Shown here one piece after another: positions 27,170 to 35,927 of a stretch of DNA of 64,000 nt. A model generated the notes under the pieces. It had not been told where the DNA came from. It searched no databases and saw only the letters and a list, made by a program, of their open reading frames with translations. Position 1 is the stretch's first letter. Every line of letters starts with the position of its first letter. The stretch covers positions 32,001 to 96,000 of the forward strand of contig CAXXNO010000004.1 of the NCBI GenBank assembly GCA_963663235.2, in the 5' to 3' direction. The DNA is from Dehalococcoidia bacterium (GTDB lineage: Bacteria > Chloroflexota > Dehalococcoidia > Bin125). A program made the position numbers and the translations under genes.

Positions 27170-28594
27170 TCAAGCGCCGACGGCCGCCAGTTCCGGACGC
27201 TTCGTGTGCCAGTCGGTGACCTGCTGGTAGGCGTGGCCCACCCGCAGAGTCAGGGCGTCCGCCCACGGCCGCCCGATGATCTGCAACCCGATCGGCAGCC
27301 CCTTCTCGTCGAAGCCGCCCGGCACCGTCAGCGCTGGCTGGCCGGTGATATTGAACGGGAACGTGCAGCGGATCGACGCCGACATCAATACCTCTTCGAA
27401 GCCGTCGGGAGCCGTGTACTCCACCTGCCCGTGCTTGGCCGCCGTCACGGCCAGCGTCGGCGTGACCATCACGTCGATGCGCTGGTCCGTCCACAGCTGA
27501 CGCATGTCCGCATTGATGCGCGAGCGGTAGCGCTGGGCGTTGATCAAGTCGGTGGCCAGCACCAACTCACCCACGCCGAGATAGTCCGCGACGTCGGGCT
27601 GGTAGTCCTGCTTCTGCCGGCGCAGACGCGGTGCGTGCCAGGCTGCCGATTCCGCCAGCACGATGGCGAAGCCCAGCGGCTGCGTCATGTCTAGGGTCTT
27701 TGGGACGGCGACCTCAAAGACTTCGGCGCCAGCTCCCTTGAGCGCATCGACCGCCGCCTGAAAGGCGTTGGTCACCGCCGGGTAGTGGCTCACGAAGTAG
27801 TTCGTGGGCACCGCCACCCGCAGCCCCTTCACCCCGCCCGCCAAGCCCGCCGTGTAGTCTTCCACCGGCCGCTTCGACGAGTTCAGGTCCCGCGCGTCGT
27901 AACCCGCCAGCACGTTCAGGGCGATGGCCGCATCCTCGGCCGTCCAGCACATCGGCCCGATGTGGTCCAGCGACCAGGACAGCATGAAAACGCCGTCCTT
28001 GGGCACGCGCCCGAACGTCGCTTTGAGCCCCGTGATCCCGTTCAAACAGGCCGGAATGCGGATGGAGCCTCCGGTGTCCGTGCCGAAACCGATCGGCGTC
28101 TGCCCCGCCGCCACCGCCGCCCCCGTGCCCCCACTCGAGCCGCCGGGGACCCGCGCCGTCTCCATATCCCAGGGGTTCCGCGTCGGCGGCGTCTGCACCC
28201 CGTAGGCGAACTGGTGCGTGTTCGTCTTCCCCAGCAGCACCGCCCCGGCCGCGTTGAACCGCTCGACCGTGGAGGCGCTCCGAGTTGGAATGTAGCCCTT
28301 GAGCACATCCGATGAGCCCGTGGTCTCGATCCCCTCGGTCTCCACGATGTCCTTGGCCACGTAGGGCACGCCGTCCAGCGGCCCCAGCGCCCGCCCGCCT
28401 CGCCGCCGCTCGTCGGATGCCTCCGCCGCTTTCTGTGCCACCTTCGGCGTCATCCGGTTGAACGCCTTCAGCGTACCGTCCGTCCGCTCAACCTGCGTCA
28501 AACACCTCTCGGTGATCTCGCGGCTGGAGAACTCCCCCTTCGCCAGCCCCTCCGCCACCGATGTGACCGTGAGCCGCTCTTCGTTGCTCGCCAT
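27170..28594 (-). CDS. Amidase signature family (GatA/AtzE-like) #1
   Basis: VAKD, LGKTN, GGSSGG, GTDTGGSIRIPA; real start MASNEE at 28594. Confidence 0.93.
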   Translation of the reverse strand: MASNEERLTVTSVAEGLAKGEFSSREITERCLTQVERTDGTLKAFNRMTPKVAQKAAEASDERRRGGRALGPLDGVPYVAKDIVETEGIETTGSSDVLKGYIPTRSASTVERFNAAGAVLLGKTNTHQFAYGVQTPPTRNPWDMETARVPGGSSGGTGAAVAAGQTPIGFGTDTGGSIRIPACLNGITGLKATFGRVPKDGVFMLSWSLDHIGPMCWTAEDAAIALNVLAGYDARDLNSSKRPVEDYTAGLAGGVKGLRVAVPTNYFVSHYPAVTNAFQAAVDALKGAGAEVFEVAVPKTLDMTQPLGFAIVLAESAAWHAPRLRRQKQDYQPDVADYLGVGELVLATDLINAQRYRSRINADMRQLWTDQRIDVMVTPTLAVTAAKHGQVEYTAPDGFEEVLMSASIRCTFPFNITGQPALTVPGGFDEKGLPIGLQIIGRPWADALTLRVGHAYQQVTDWHTKRPELAAVGA

Positions 28595-28596
28595 GG

Positions 28597-28785
28597 TTAG
28601 TCGTCCCAGTCCGGCTTGAAGGTGTCGGCGGGGGCCCAGTCGTCGAAGTCGTCCGGGCGCATTTGGCGCCAGGCGTCGATCATTCCCTGCAGATTTTCCC
28701 GCAGCGCTTCGACCTCGGCGTCCGTGACCGGGAGCTCCGCCACCTCGGCCAATTTCTTGATCTGATCCGTCGTGAGCTGTGGCAT
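28597..28785 (-). CDS. Small GatC/AtzG-like amidase partner protein
   Basis: 62 aa, MPQLTTDQIKKLAEVAELPVTDAEVEALRENLQGMID resembles the GatC N-terminus; stop lies 2 bp before the amidase start; GAGGAAGAG...GGGA upstream. Confidence 0.75.
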   Translation of the reverse strand: MPQLTTDQIKKLAEVAELPVTDAEVEALRENLQGMIDAWRQMRPDDFDDWAPADTFKPDWDD

Positions 28786-28852
28786 CTGATCCCTTTCTCT
28801 TCCTCGGCTCCACTCCGGGCGCCGCACCGCGCCCAGAGGCTAAGACCGCCCC

Positions 28853-29893
28853 TCACAGGTCGGTCTTCCATTCACCTGCGGCGTTGATCTTGCACGTTTC
28901 CGGAATCACCTCCCGTCCGAACCACTCCACCTGTTCGCACAGTTCCGCCATGGTGCCGCTCGGACAGGCGAGCAGGCAGACCACCAACGAATAGCCAGCG
29001 GCGGCGAGCCGCTCTAGGTCCACCAGGATCTGCTCGGCGGTGCCATGACAGAGGGGCCGGGGATCCGCATCAACGACCGGACCGTTGGTCCCACAGATCC
29101 GCGCGGCGATACACGTCGACATAGTGAAGTCCGAGAGGTCGCGACCGATCCGATCAGCCTCTCGCCGGACCTCGTCTTGCAGGGCGACGAAGCGGTCCGG
29201 ATCCGGGAAAGCGTCCACCATTTCCGGGAGGAAACCGTCGCAGTGGCGCGCCGCCCGCCGCGCTCCGGCCTTGGAGACGCTGCCCAGGACGATCGGCGGA
29301 TGCGGATCCTGGATCGGCTTTGGGTCCATCGAGAGGTTATCGAAGGTATAGAACTCGCCGTGGAAGGAGACGACCTCATCCGTCCAGGCGCGCTTGTAGA
29401 TCTGGATGCACTCTTCGGACATCGCGCCGCGGGCCTCGTATGGGATCCCGAGCGCGTCGAACTCTTCCCGCAGCCAACCGGCGCCCGTACCCAGAATCAC
29501 CCGGCCACCAGACAGCACGTCCACCGTGGCGAACTGCCGGGCATCGTTGAGCGGACCGCGATATGGGCCGATCAAAACCCCGGACGCGAGCTTGATCCGC
29601 TCGGTGGCGACAGCCGCGGCGCCCATCACGACGGCCGCGTCCAGCATGTTGGCGCCAGGCGGATACGGGCTCTCGCCGCTCGCGGGGTTCCCGGGATAGA
29701 CTCGCGAGCCGCCAGCCGCCCCGGGAATTGCGACATGATCGCCGAACCAGACGGAGTGGTAGCCCAAGCGCTCCGCCTGCTGCGCAAGCTGTACCGGCCG
29801 CATCTCCGTGGCAGGGACGATCTGGAGAAAATAATCCGCACCGCGGTGCATCAGCAGCCCGTGTGTATTCGAAAAGAGGCCGATGTTCATCAC
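28853..29893 (-). CDS. LLM-family oxidoreductase (probably F420-dependent, Rv2161c-like) #3
   Basis: SVWFGDHV, IGPYRGPLNDARQFATVDVLSGGR, GAGWLREEF, MDPKP. Confidence 0.9.
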   Translation of the reverse strand: MMNIGLFSNTHGLLMHRGADYFLQIVPATEMRPVQLAQQAERLGYHSVWFGDHVAIPGAAGGSRVYPGNPASGESPYPPGANMLDAAVVMGAAAVATERIKLASGVLIGPYRGPLNDARQFATVDVLSGGRVILGTGAGWLREEFDALGIPYEARGAMSEECIQIYKRAWTDEVVSFHGEFYTFDNLSMDPKPIQDPHPPIVLGSVSKAGARRAARHCDGFLPEMVDAFPDPDRFVALQDEVRREADRIGRDLSDFTMSTCIAARICGTNGPVVDADPRPLCHGTAEQILVDLERLAAAGYSLVVCLLACPSGTMAELCEQVEWFGREVIPETCKINAAGEWKTDL

Positions 29894-30055
29894 AGCGGGC
29901 TTCTTCTCACCTCATCGGCCGCATGAACCACTTCTGTTTGCCCGTCTGTCATCGCCCGCGGCCGTGAGCGTCCGGGCCTGAGGGATCGTCTCGGCTTCGA
30001 ACCGTCCGCCCTTCTCCCCGCGCGCGTCGGCGCCGCGCCGCGCCAGCTCGTGCGC

Positions 30056-31114
30056 TCAGGCGGCCGCGTCGGGAGTAGTCTCCGTGTAGTCTGCCTTCCA
30101 CTCGCCGGAGGCCCGGATCTTCTTCGCCTGTGGCAGCAGCTCCCGCCCTGCCCGGTCGATCTGTTCCTCCAGCTCATCCACTGAGCCCGAAGGGCAGTCG
30201 AAGTGCAAGATCATCAGCCCGTAACCGGCTCCGGCGAACTTCTCCAGGTCTTCCAACACCTGCTCCACGGTCCCCGCGCACGTCCAGCGCGGGGACTTCT
30301 TGGCCAACTCGTGGTCGGCATTCGTCAGGTGCGCGCTCTGGCAGCCGACCATCCAGAAGGCGGAGAGATCCTTGCCAATCTCCGCCGCCTCCCGCCGGAT
30401 GATGTCCTGCAAGGGGTCGTAGCGATGCGGGTCGGAGTACGGGTCTAAGAAGATGGGGAAGAAGCCATCGCACAAGCGCGCGGCGCGGCGCGCGCCCGCG
30501 CGGGAGATGCCGCCGAAGATGATCGGCGGACGCGGCTTCTGCACCGGTTTGGGATCCATTGAGAGATCGTCGAAGTTGTAGTACTCGCCGTGGAAGGACA
30601 CGACATCGTCGGTCCAGGAGCGCTTGTAGATCTCGATGCATTCCTCGGTCATCTTGCCCCGGCCGTCGTAGTCTAGGCCAAGCGCGTCGAACTCCTCCTT
30701 GGCCCAGCCAGCCCCCACGCCCATGATCACGCGGCCGTTGGACAGCACGTCGATGGTCGCGAACTGGCGGGCGTCGTTCAGCGGGCCGCGGTACGGCGCG
30801 ATCAGTACCGATGGCGACATGCGGATCCGGCTTGTGCTCGCCGCGATCGCGCCCATGACCACCGCGCCGTCCATCATCGTGGGGCGGGGCGGGTAGGCCC
30901 GCGTGCGTGTCTCCGGGTTGGCCACGTGGCCGCTTTCCGATTCCAGCGGGAGCGTGACGTGGTCGGAGAACCAGAGGGAGTGGAAGCCGTGCTGCTCGGC
31001 CAATTGCGCGATCTTCACGGGCCGCAACGCTGTGGCTGGCGTCGGCTGCAAGAACCAGTCGTGGTCGTCCCGGCGCCCCAGCCCATGCGTGTCCATGAAG
31101 AGCGCTATCTCCAT
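30056..31114 (-). CDS. LLM-family oxidoreductase #2
   Basis: SLWFSDHV, IAPYRGPLNDARQFATIDVLSNGR, GAGWAKEEF. Confidence 0.9.
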   Translation of the reverse strand: MEIALFMDTHGLGRRDDHDWFLQPTPATALRPVKIAQLAEQHGFHSLWFSDHVTLPLESESGHVANPETRTRAYPPRPTMMDGAVVMGAIAASTSRIRMSPSVLIAPYRGPLNDARQFATIDVLSNGRVIMGVGAGWAKEEFDALGLDYDGRGKMTEECIEIYKRSWTDDVVSFHGEYYNFDDLSMDPKPVQKPRPPIIFGGISRAGARRAARLCDGFFPIFLDPYSDPHRYDPLQDIIRREAAEIGKDLSAFWMVGCQSAHLTNADHELAKKSPRWTCAGTVEQVLEDLEKFAGAGYGLMILHFDCPSGSVDELEEQIDRAGRELLPQAKKIRASGEWKADYTETTPDAAA

Positions 31115-31260
31115 CGGTCCGTCACCCCTCACATTCCCCGGTACGGTCGGGCCGCTACGTTCAATTCGTCGTTTAGCCAGCGACGACTGCCGCGCGAGGC
31201 TAAGGGAAGTCCCGATGCCTGACAAGTGGCGAGCGGCGGCGGCGCAGCCATGAGGCCACC

Positions 31261-32289
31261 CTAGACGCTCTGCTTCCAGCCACCGGCGGGCTGGATGAAT
31301 CTGGCGTGCGGAATCACTTCCGCTCCGATCCGCTCGACCTGCTCCTCCAGCTCCGCGACCTGCCCGGACGGGCAGTCGAAGATGAACACCACCAGCGAGT
31401 AGCCGGCATCCGCATAGCGCTGCAGGTCCGAGAGAATCTGATCAGGGGTCCCTGTGCAGATCTTGCGCGGGCTGCGCTGGGCTTCGGGGTCGTCGGCGTC
31501 GGTGACACGGACAGAGGAGATGCAGAGCATGGAGAACTCGCCGGGATCCTTCTTGGCGGCATCCAGCTCGCTGCGGATGATGTCCTGCAGCGGTGCGAAT
31601 CGATGCGGGTCGGCCCACGGGTCGAGGAAGATTGGGTAGAACCCGTCGCACAACTGGGCCGCCCGACGGGCCCCCGCCGGCACCACGCTCCCGAAGACGA
31701 TCGGCGGCCGCGGCTTCTGCACCGGCTTGGGATCCATGGACAAGTTGTCGAATTTGTAGTGCTTGCCCTGGTAGGCGACGACGTCGTCCGTCCAGGAGCG
31801 CTTGTAGATCTCGATGCACTCCTCGGTCATGGCGCCGCGATCCTCGTAGGGGAGGTCGAGGGCTTCGAACTCTTCCGCCAGCCAGCCGGCGCCCACGCCG
31901 AGGATGAGGCGGCCGGCGGAGAGGACGTCGATGGTGGCGAACTGCCGCGCGTCATTGAGCGGACCGCGATAGGGGGCGATGAGGACCGACGTGCCCAGCC
32001 GGAGGCGGCTGGTGCTCGCCGCTACGGCGCCCATCACGGGAGCGGCGTCCAGCAGGTTGTGGCGCGGGTCGTAGGCGCGGGTGCGGGACTCATTGGCCAC
32101 GTGCCCGCTGGTTGAGCTGATCGGCATGCAAACATGGTCCGGGAACCACATCGAGTGCATCCCGATGCGCTCGGCCATCTGGGCGATCTTGACTGGACGC
32201 ATCTCCTGGCCCGGGATGCTCTGGGCGAAGAAGTTCTCCTCGTTGCGAACCCCGATCCCGTGGGTCAGCGCGTACATGCCGATTTCCAT
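31261..32289 (-). CDS. LLM-family oxidoreductase #1
   Basis: SMWFPDHV, IAPYRGPLNDARQFATIDVLSAGR, GAGWLAEEF. Confidence 0.9.
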   Translation of the reverse strand: MEIGMYALTHGIGVRNEENFFAQSIPGQEMRPVKIAQMAERIGMHSMWFPDHVCMPISSTSGHVANESRTRAYDPRHNLLDAAPVMGAVAASTSRLRLGTSVLIAPYRGPLNDARQFATIDVLSAGRLILGVGAGWLAEEFEALDLPYEDRGAMTEECIEIYKRSWTDDVVAYQGKHYKFDNLSMDPKPVQKPRPPIVFGSVVPAGARRAAQLCDGFYPIFLDPWADPHRFAPLQDIIRSELDAAKKDPGEFSMLCISSVRVTDADDPEAQRSPRKICTGTPDQILSDLQRYADAGYSLVVFIFDCPSGQVAELEEQVERIGAEVIPHARFIQPAGGWKQSV

Positions 32290-32413
32290 GCATCTCTTCC
32301 GTTCTGCTGCTCGCACGCCAGTCGCGGCGCCCGGCAGCCTACCAGCCACGCGCCGGCACCACAAGGCACATCGCCCCTCCCACCCGGCGGCCGGCGGGGT
32401 GGAAGGCGGGCGC

Positions 32414-32896
32414 CTACGACTGAGGAAACGGCTCCTTCACCCAACCCGACTCGTACGGAGTCCGGAAGATGATGTTCGACCGAACGTGCTGGATCAGCCA
32501 GCGCCCATCGACCTTACGGAAGTCATCGTCATAGGTTGCGGCGAGGTAGATCGCGCGCCCTTCGACCGTCAAGGTTTCCCAGCTGTACCAGTGGCCGCTG
32601 GCCTCGGCCCCGGACGCAGCGATATCCACGCTGGGGCCGATGGTGAAGTGTCGAGCGAAGCTCAGACGCTCGGCCCAGCCGGTGAACAGCTCGGCAATCG
32701 CCTCGTGGCCCTCGAACCGTCCGTGGATATTGGACTCCCAGACCGCATCGTCGGTGAAGAGCGACATCAAGGCGTCCGTCGGGAAGGGGCGAGCGCCGCA
32801 CAGACCGTCATCCAGCGCTTGGACGTAGTCCAGCTTCAGCCGCTCGATCGCCTGGAGGTCTTCCAACCACTGGATCTGCGCCTCAAGTGTCGTCAC
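32414..32896 (-). CDS. SnoaL-like (LinA/BaiE-type NTF2) protein #4
   Basis: LEDLQAIERLKLDY..LD, LFTDDAVW, FARHF, YDDDFRKVDGRW, TPYESGW. Confidence 0.88.
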   Translation of the reverse strand: MTTLEAQIQWLEDLQAIERLKLDYVQALDDGLCGARPFPTDALMSLFTDDAVWESNIHGRFEGHEAIAELFTGWAERLSFARHFTIGPSVDIAASGAEASGHWYSWETLTVEGRAIYLAATYDDDFRKVDGRWLIQHVRSNIIFRTPYESGWVKEPFPQS

Positions 32897-32925
32897 TGAG
32901 CCCGCCTCTCCCTACCCCGGTGCGG

Positions 32926-33399
32926 CTACGATCCGATGGGCGGGATCGTGCGCTCTTTCACCCACCCCTTGTCGTAAGGGGTCATGAAGTGCAGCTTCTG
33001 ACCCAAGTGGGTGAGCATCCAGCGTCCCTCGACTTTGCGAAGCCTGGCGTCATGCGTGAGGCCACCCAACACCGCGCGCCCCTCGATCGTCGGCGTCTCC
33101 ATGCCGTACCACGTCGCGGTTGCCTCCGTGCCGGAGGGCGCGATGTCGATCAAGAAGCCGCACCAGTAGTGCAAAGTGAACGAGATGTGCTCGCGCAACC
33201 CGGCAATGAAATCATGAATCGCCTGACGGCCTCGGTAAACTCCCATCTCCATCAGATCCATGACCGCGTCCTTGGTCATGAGGGACACAAAGGTGTCGGC
33301 GTCGTACGGACCGTCGCAGGATTCGCCTAGGCGGAGCAGTACCCGGCGGACCGCCTCGATATCCTCCAGCCGTTGAGTGCGCTCCTCAAGCGTGGCCAT
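32926..33399 (-). CDS. SnoaL-like (LinA/BaiE-type NTF2) protein #3
   Basis: LEDIEAVRR, SCD, FTLHY, RKVEGRW, TPYDKGW. Confidence 0.88.
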   Translation of the reverse strand: MATLEERTQRLEDIEAVRRVLLRLGESCDGPYDADTFVSLMTKDAVMDLMEMGVYRGRQAIHDFIAGLREHISFTLHYWCGFLIDIAPSGTEATATWYGMETPTIEGRAVLGGLTHDARLRKVEGRWMLTHLGQKLHFMTPYDKGWVKERTIPPIGS

Positions 33400-33459
33400 C
33401 GTCACCACTCCTTCGAATTTCAGAATCGGCCGGATGCCCCGCGGATCACTCGCGTATAG

Positions 33460-33930
33460 CTAGTCCAGTTCGGCGAAGGGTACCTTCACCCATCCCGACT
33501 CATAGGGAGCCAGGAAGTGGCTGTGGGCCTGAACGCGGTGGAACAGCCAGCGTCCGTCGACCTTCTTGTAGACGTCGTCGTAGGTCGCGGCGACGAACAT
33601 CGCGCGGCCATCGATCGTTGCGGGCTCCCAGAGGTACCAGTGGCCGGTGGCCTCGACGCCGGACGGAGCGATGTCGATCGCATCGCCGACCATGTAGTGC
33701 AGAGCGAAGGTGAACCGGCCGGAGGCGTCGGTCCAGAAACCGTGGATGGCTTGCTTGCCCTCGTACCTGCCGAGCCCAGTCCCCTCCCACACGGCGTCGT
33801 CCGTGAAGAGCACCGTGAGACCGTCTGGGTTGTAGTTGTCGTCGCACTGTTGGGCGTATTCGATCTTGAGTCGCCGAATGTCTGTGATGTCCTGCAGCCG
33901 TTGCACGCGCTGCTCCAAAGTCCCCATCAC
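33460..33930 (-). CDS. SnoaL-like (LinA/BaiE-type NTF2) protein #2
   Basis: IRRLKIEYAQQCD, LFTDDAVW, FALHY, YDDVYKKVDGRW. Confidence 0.88.
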   Translation of the reverse strand: MMGTLEQRVQRLQDITDIRRLKIEYAQQCDDNYNPDGLTVLFTDDAVWEGTGLGRYEGKQAIHGFWTDASGRFTFALHYMVGDAIDIAPSGVEATGHWYLWEPATIDGRAMFVAATYDDVYKKVDGRWLFHRVQAHSHFLAPYESGWVKVPFAELD

Positions 33931-33978
33931 TGCTCCTCCACCTCAGAGGGAGCGGTCTTCGCTCCCGGCGGAGGTCGG

Positions 33979-34443
33979 TTAAGTGACCATCCTCTGCTTG
34001 ACCCATCCCTTGTCGTACGGAGTCAGAAAGTGGATCTGCACGTTCATGCGAGAGAAGTACCAGCGCCCATCCACTTTCTCGTATTCGTCGTCGTAGGTTA
34101 TAGCGCCGAGCACGGCCTGGCCCTTGTACGTCATCGGCTCCCACAGGTACCACTTGCCCGTCGCTTTGGTGCCGGATGAGTCCACGTCGATCGTGTGGCC
34201 GATCATGTAGTGGAGCGCAAACGTGATGTCGCTGGAGATCTCGTTGAAGAGGTCACGGATCGCGGCGCGTCCCCTATGAACGCCGAATGTGTCTCCGCCG
34301 TCCCAGATCGCATCTTCGGTGAACATCGCAGCAAGTTTGTCGCCGTCGTATCCCGTGTCGCACACGCCGGCATAATCGATCTTCAGCCGGCGAATGTCCT
34401 CTATGTCCTCCAGCAGCTGCACCCGTTCCTCTTGCGATGCCAT
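33979..34443 (-). CDS. SnoaL-like (LinA/BaiE-type NTF2) protein #1
   Basis: LEDIEDIRRLKIDYAGVCD, FTEDAIW, FALHY, YDDEYEKVDGRW; start MASQEE. Confidence 0.88.
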   Translation of the reverse strand: MASQEERVQLLEDIEDIRRLKIDYAGVCDTGYDGDKLAAMFTEDAIWDGGDTFGVHRGRAAIRDLFNEISSDITFALHYMIGHTIDVDSSGTKATGKWYLWEPMTYKGQAVLGAITYDDEYEKVDGRWYFSRMNVQIHFLTPYDKGWVKQRMVT

Positions 34444-34574
34444 TCCGGAACCCCCTTCGTCGGCCGTGCGCGACCACGGCGGGCAGGCTAGCGCCTCGCC
34501 CGAGCGCCCACAAGCAGGGCCCGCTGCCCGCGACGTGCGCCCACCGTGGATACAGAGCCCGTGACGATTCCGGC

Positions 34575-34580
34575 TATAAT
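34575..34580 (+). promoter_or_regulatory. Possible -10 box in a divergent intergenic region
   Basis: TATAAT in GC-rich DNA between the divergent SnoaL and CaiB operons; no convincing -35. Confidence 0.35.
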
Positions 34581-34659
34581 CTGCGGAGATCGGCAGGCTG
34601 GGCGATCCAACTGGACGCGCAGCGTCGAAGCGCTCCTCGGAGAGGGCAAGGTACTCACC

Positions 34660-35901
34660 ATGGAAAACGGCGACGGCCACCGTGGTCCGCTGGACGGGAT
34701 CAGGGTCATCGAGTGCAGCACCTGGGCGTTCGGGCCGCTGGCCGGCGTCATGCTCGGCGACCTCGGCGCCGATGTGATCAAGGTGGAGAATCCGAGCCTC
34801 CCTGACGCGGCTCGATCCATCACCCTGGTGGCCGGCGTCGAGATCGCCATGCCGGACGGCGCCAGCTCACTCTTTGAGATGCTGAACCGCAACAAGCGCT
34901 CCATCTCTATCGATCTGAAGACGGAAGGCGGTCGGGATCTCCTGCGTGCACTGGTCGGAGACGCGGACATCTTTCTTGAGAACTTCCGGCCCGGCGTCTT
35001 CGACCGGCTCGGCATCGGCTACGAGAGCCTCCGCAAGATCAATCCCCGGCTGATCTACGCCTCCACCTCCGGCTACGGGTTCCAGGGCGCGGAGACACAA
35101 CGGCCCGCGCTCGATCCCGTAGGCCAAGCCCGCTCGGGCTTGATGTACGCCACCGGCCGCCCGGGGGAGCCGCCCAACTGGAATACGCTGGGTTTCGCCG
35201 ACGTCATGGGCGCCAACATGCTGGCCTACGGGATCGTGAGCGCGGTGGCGGCGCGCGATCTGCACGGCGTGGGACAAAAGGTGGAGGGCTCCCACGTGAT
35301 GGCCTCCATGTGGCTGGAGTACGCCGCGATCGGCTCATCGCTGTTCACCGGAGATGGCGAGTGGGAGCGCTTCGACCGCACGACGGCCGTGAACCCGCTG
35401 GCCAACCACTACGAGTGCGCGGACGCCGAGTGGATCATGCTCGCGATGCCGGACTCGACGCGGCCTTGGCAGCCATTCTGCGAGGCCGTCGATCTCACCG
35501 ACCTCGTCGAGGACCCGCGCTTCGCCACCGAGGACCGGCGGAAAGAGAATCGGGAGGCGCTCATCGCCTTGCTGGACGCCCGCTTCGCCGAAGCGACCAG
35601 TTCCGAGTGGGAGCAACGCCTCGGCGCGCGCCCGGAGCTCACCTTCGAGCGGGTGCGCCGGGTCACCGATCTGTCCGATGACCCCGGTGTGAAGGCCAAC
35701 GACTACATGATCGACGTGCCGCATCCGCGCTATGAGAGCCTCCCGATGTTGAGCCACCCGGTGGCGTTCGACCAGACGCCCACCAGCATGCGACGGCCGG
35801 CGCCCGAGTTGGGCCAGCACACCTGGGAGATCCTCACGGAGGTGTTGGGCTACGACGGCGAGAAGATTGCTGGCCTCGCCGCGGAAGGCGTCGTAGGGTA
35901 A
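34660..35901 (+). CDS. Family III CoA-transferase (CaiB/BaiF) #1
   Basis: GDLGADVIKVE, NRNKRSI, ENFRPG, INPRLIYAS, FADVMG (catalytic Asp), APELGQHT. Confidence 0.93.
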   Translation: MENGDGHRGPLDGIRVIECSTWAFGPLAGVMLGDLGADVIKVENPSLPDAARSITLVAGVEIAMPDGASSLFEMLNRNKRSISIDLKTEGGRDLLRALVGDADIFLENFRPGVFDRLGIGYESLRKINPRLIYASTSGYGFQGAETQRPALDPVGQARSGLMYATGRPGEPPNWNTLGFADVMGANMLAYGIVSAVAARDLHGVGQKVEGSHVMASMWLEYAAIGSSLFTGDGEWERFDRTTAVNPLANHYECADAEWIMLAMPDSTRPWQPFCEAVDLTDLVEDPRFATEDRRKENREALIALLDARFAEATSSEWEQRLGARPELTFERVRRVTDLSDDPGVKANDYMIDVPHPRYESLPMLSHPVAFDQTPTSMRRPAPELGQHTWEILTEVLGYDGEKIAGLAAEGVVG

Positions 35902-35927
35902 GCGCCTCGCGCGGAGAAGGATCAACC

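Noticed and set aside
25701-28785. Housekeeping gatCAB operon
   Set aside because: No gatB, two amidase paralogs, a short GatC-like protein and a catabolic context.
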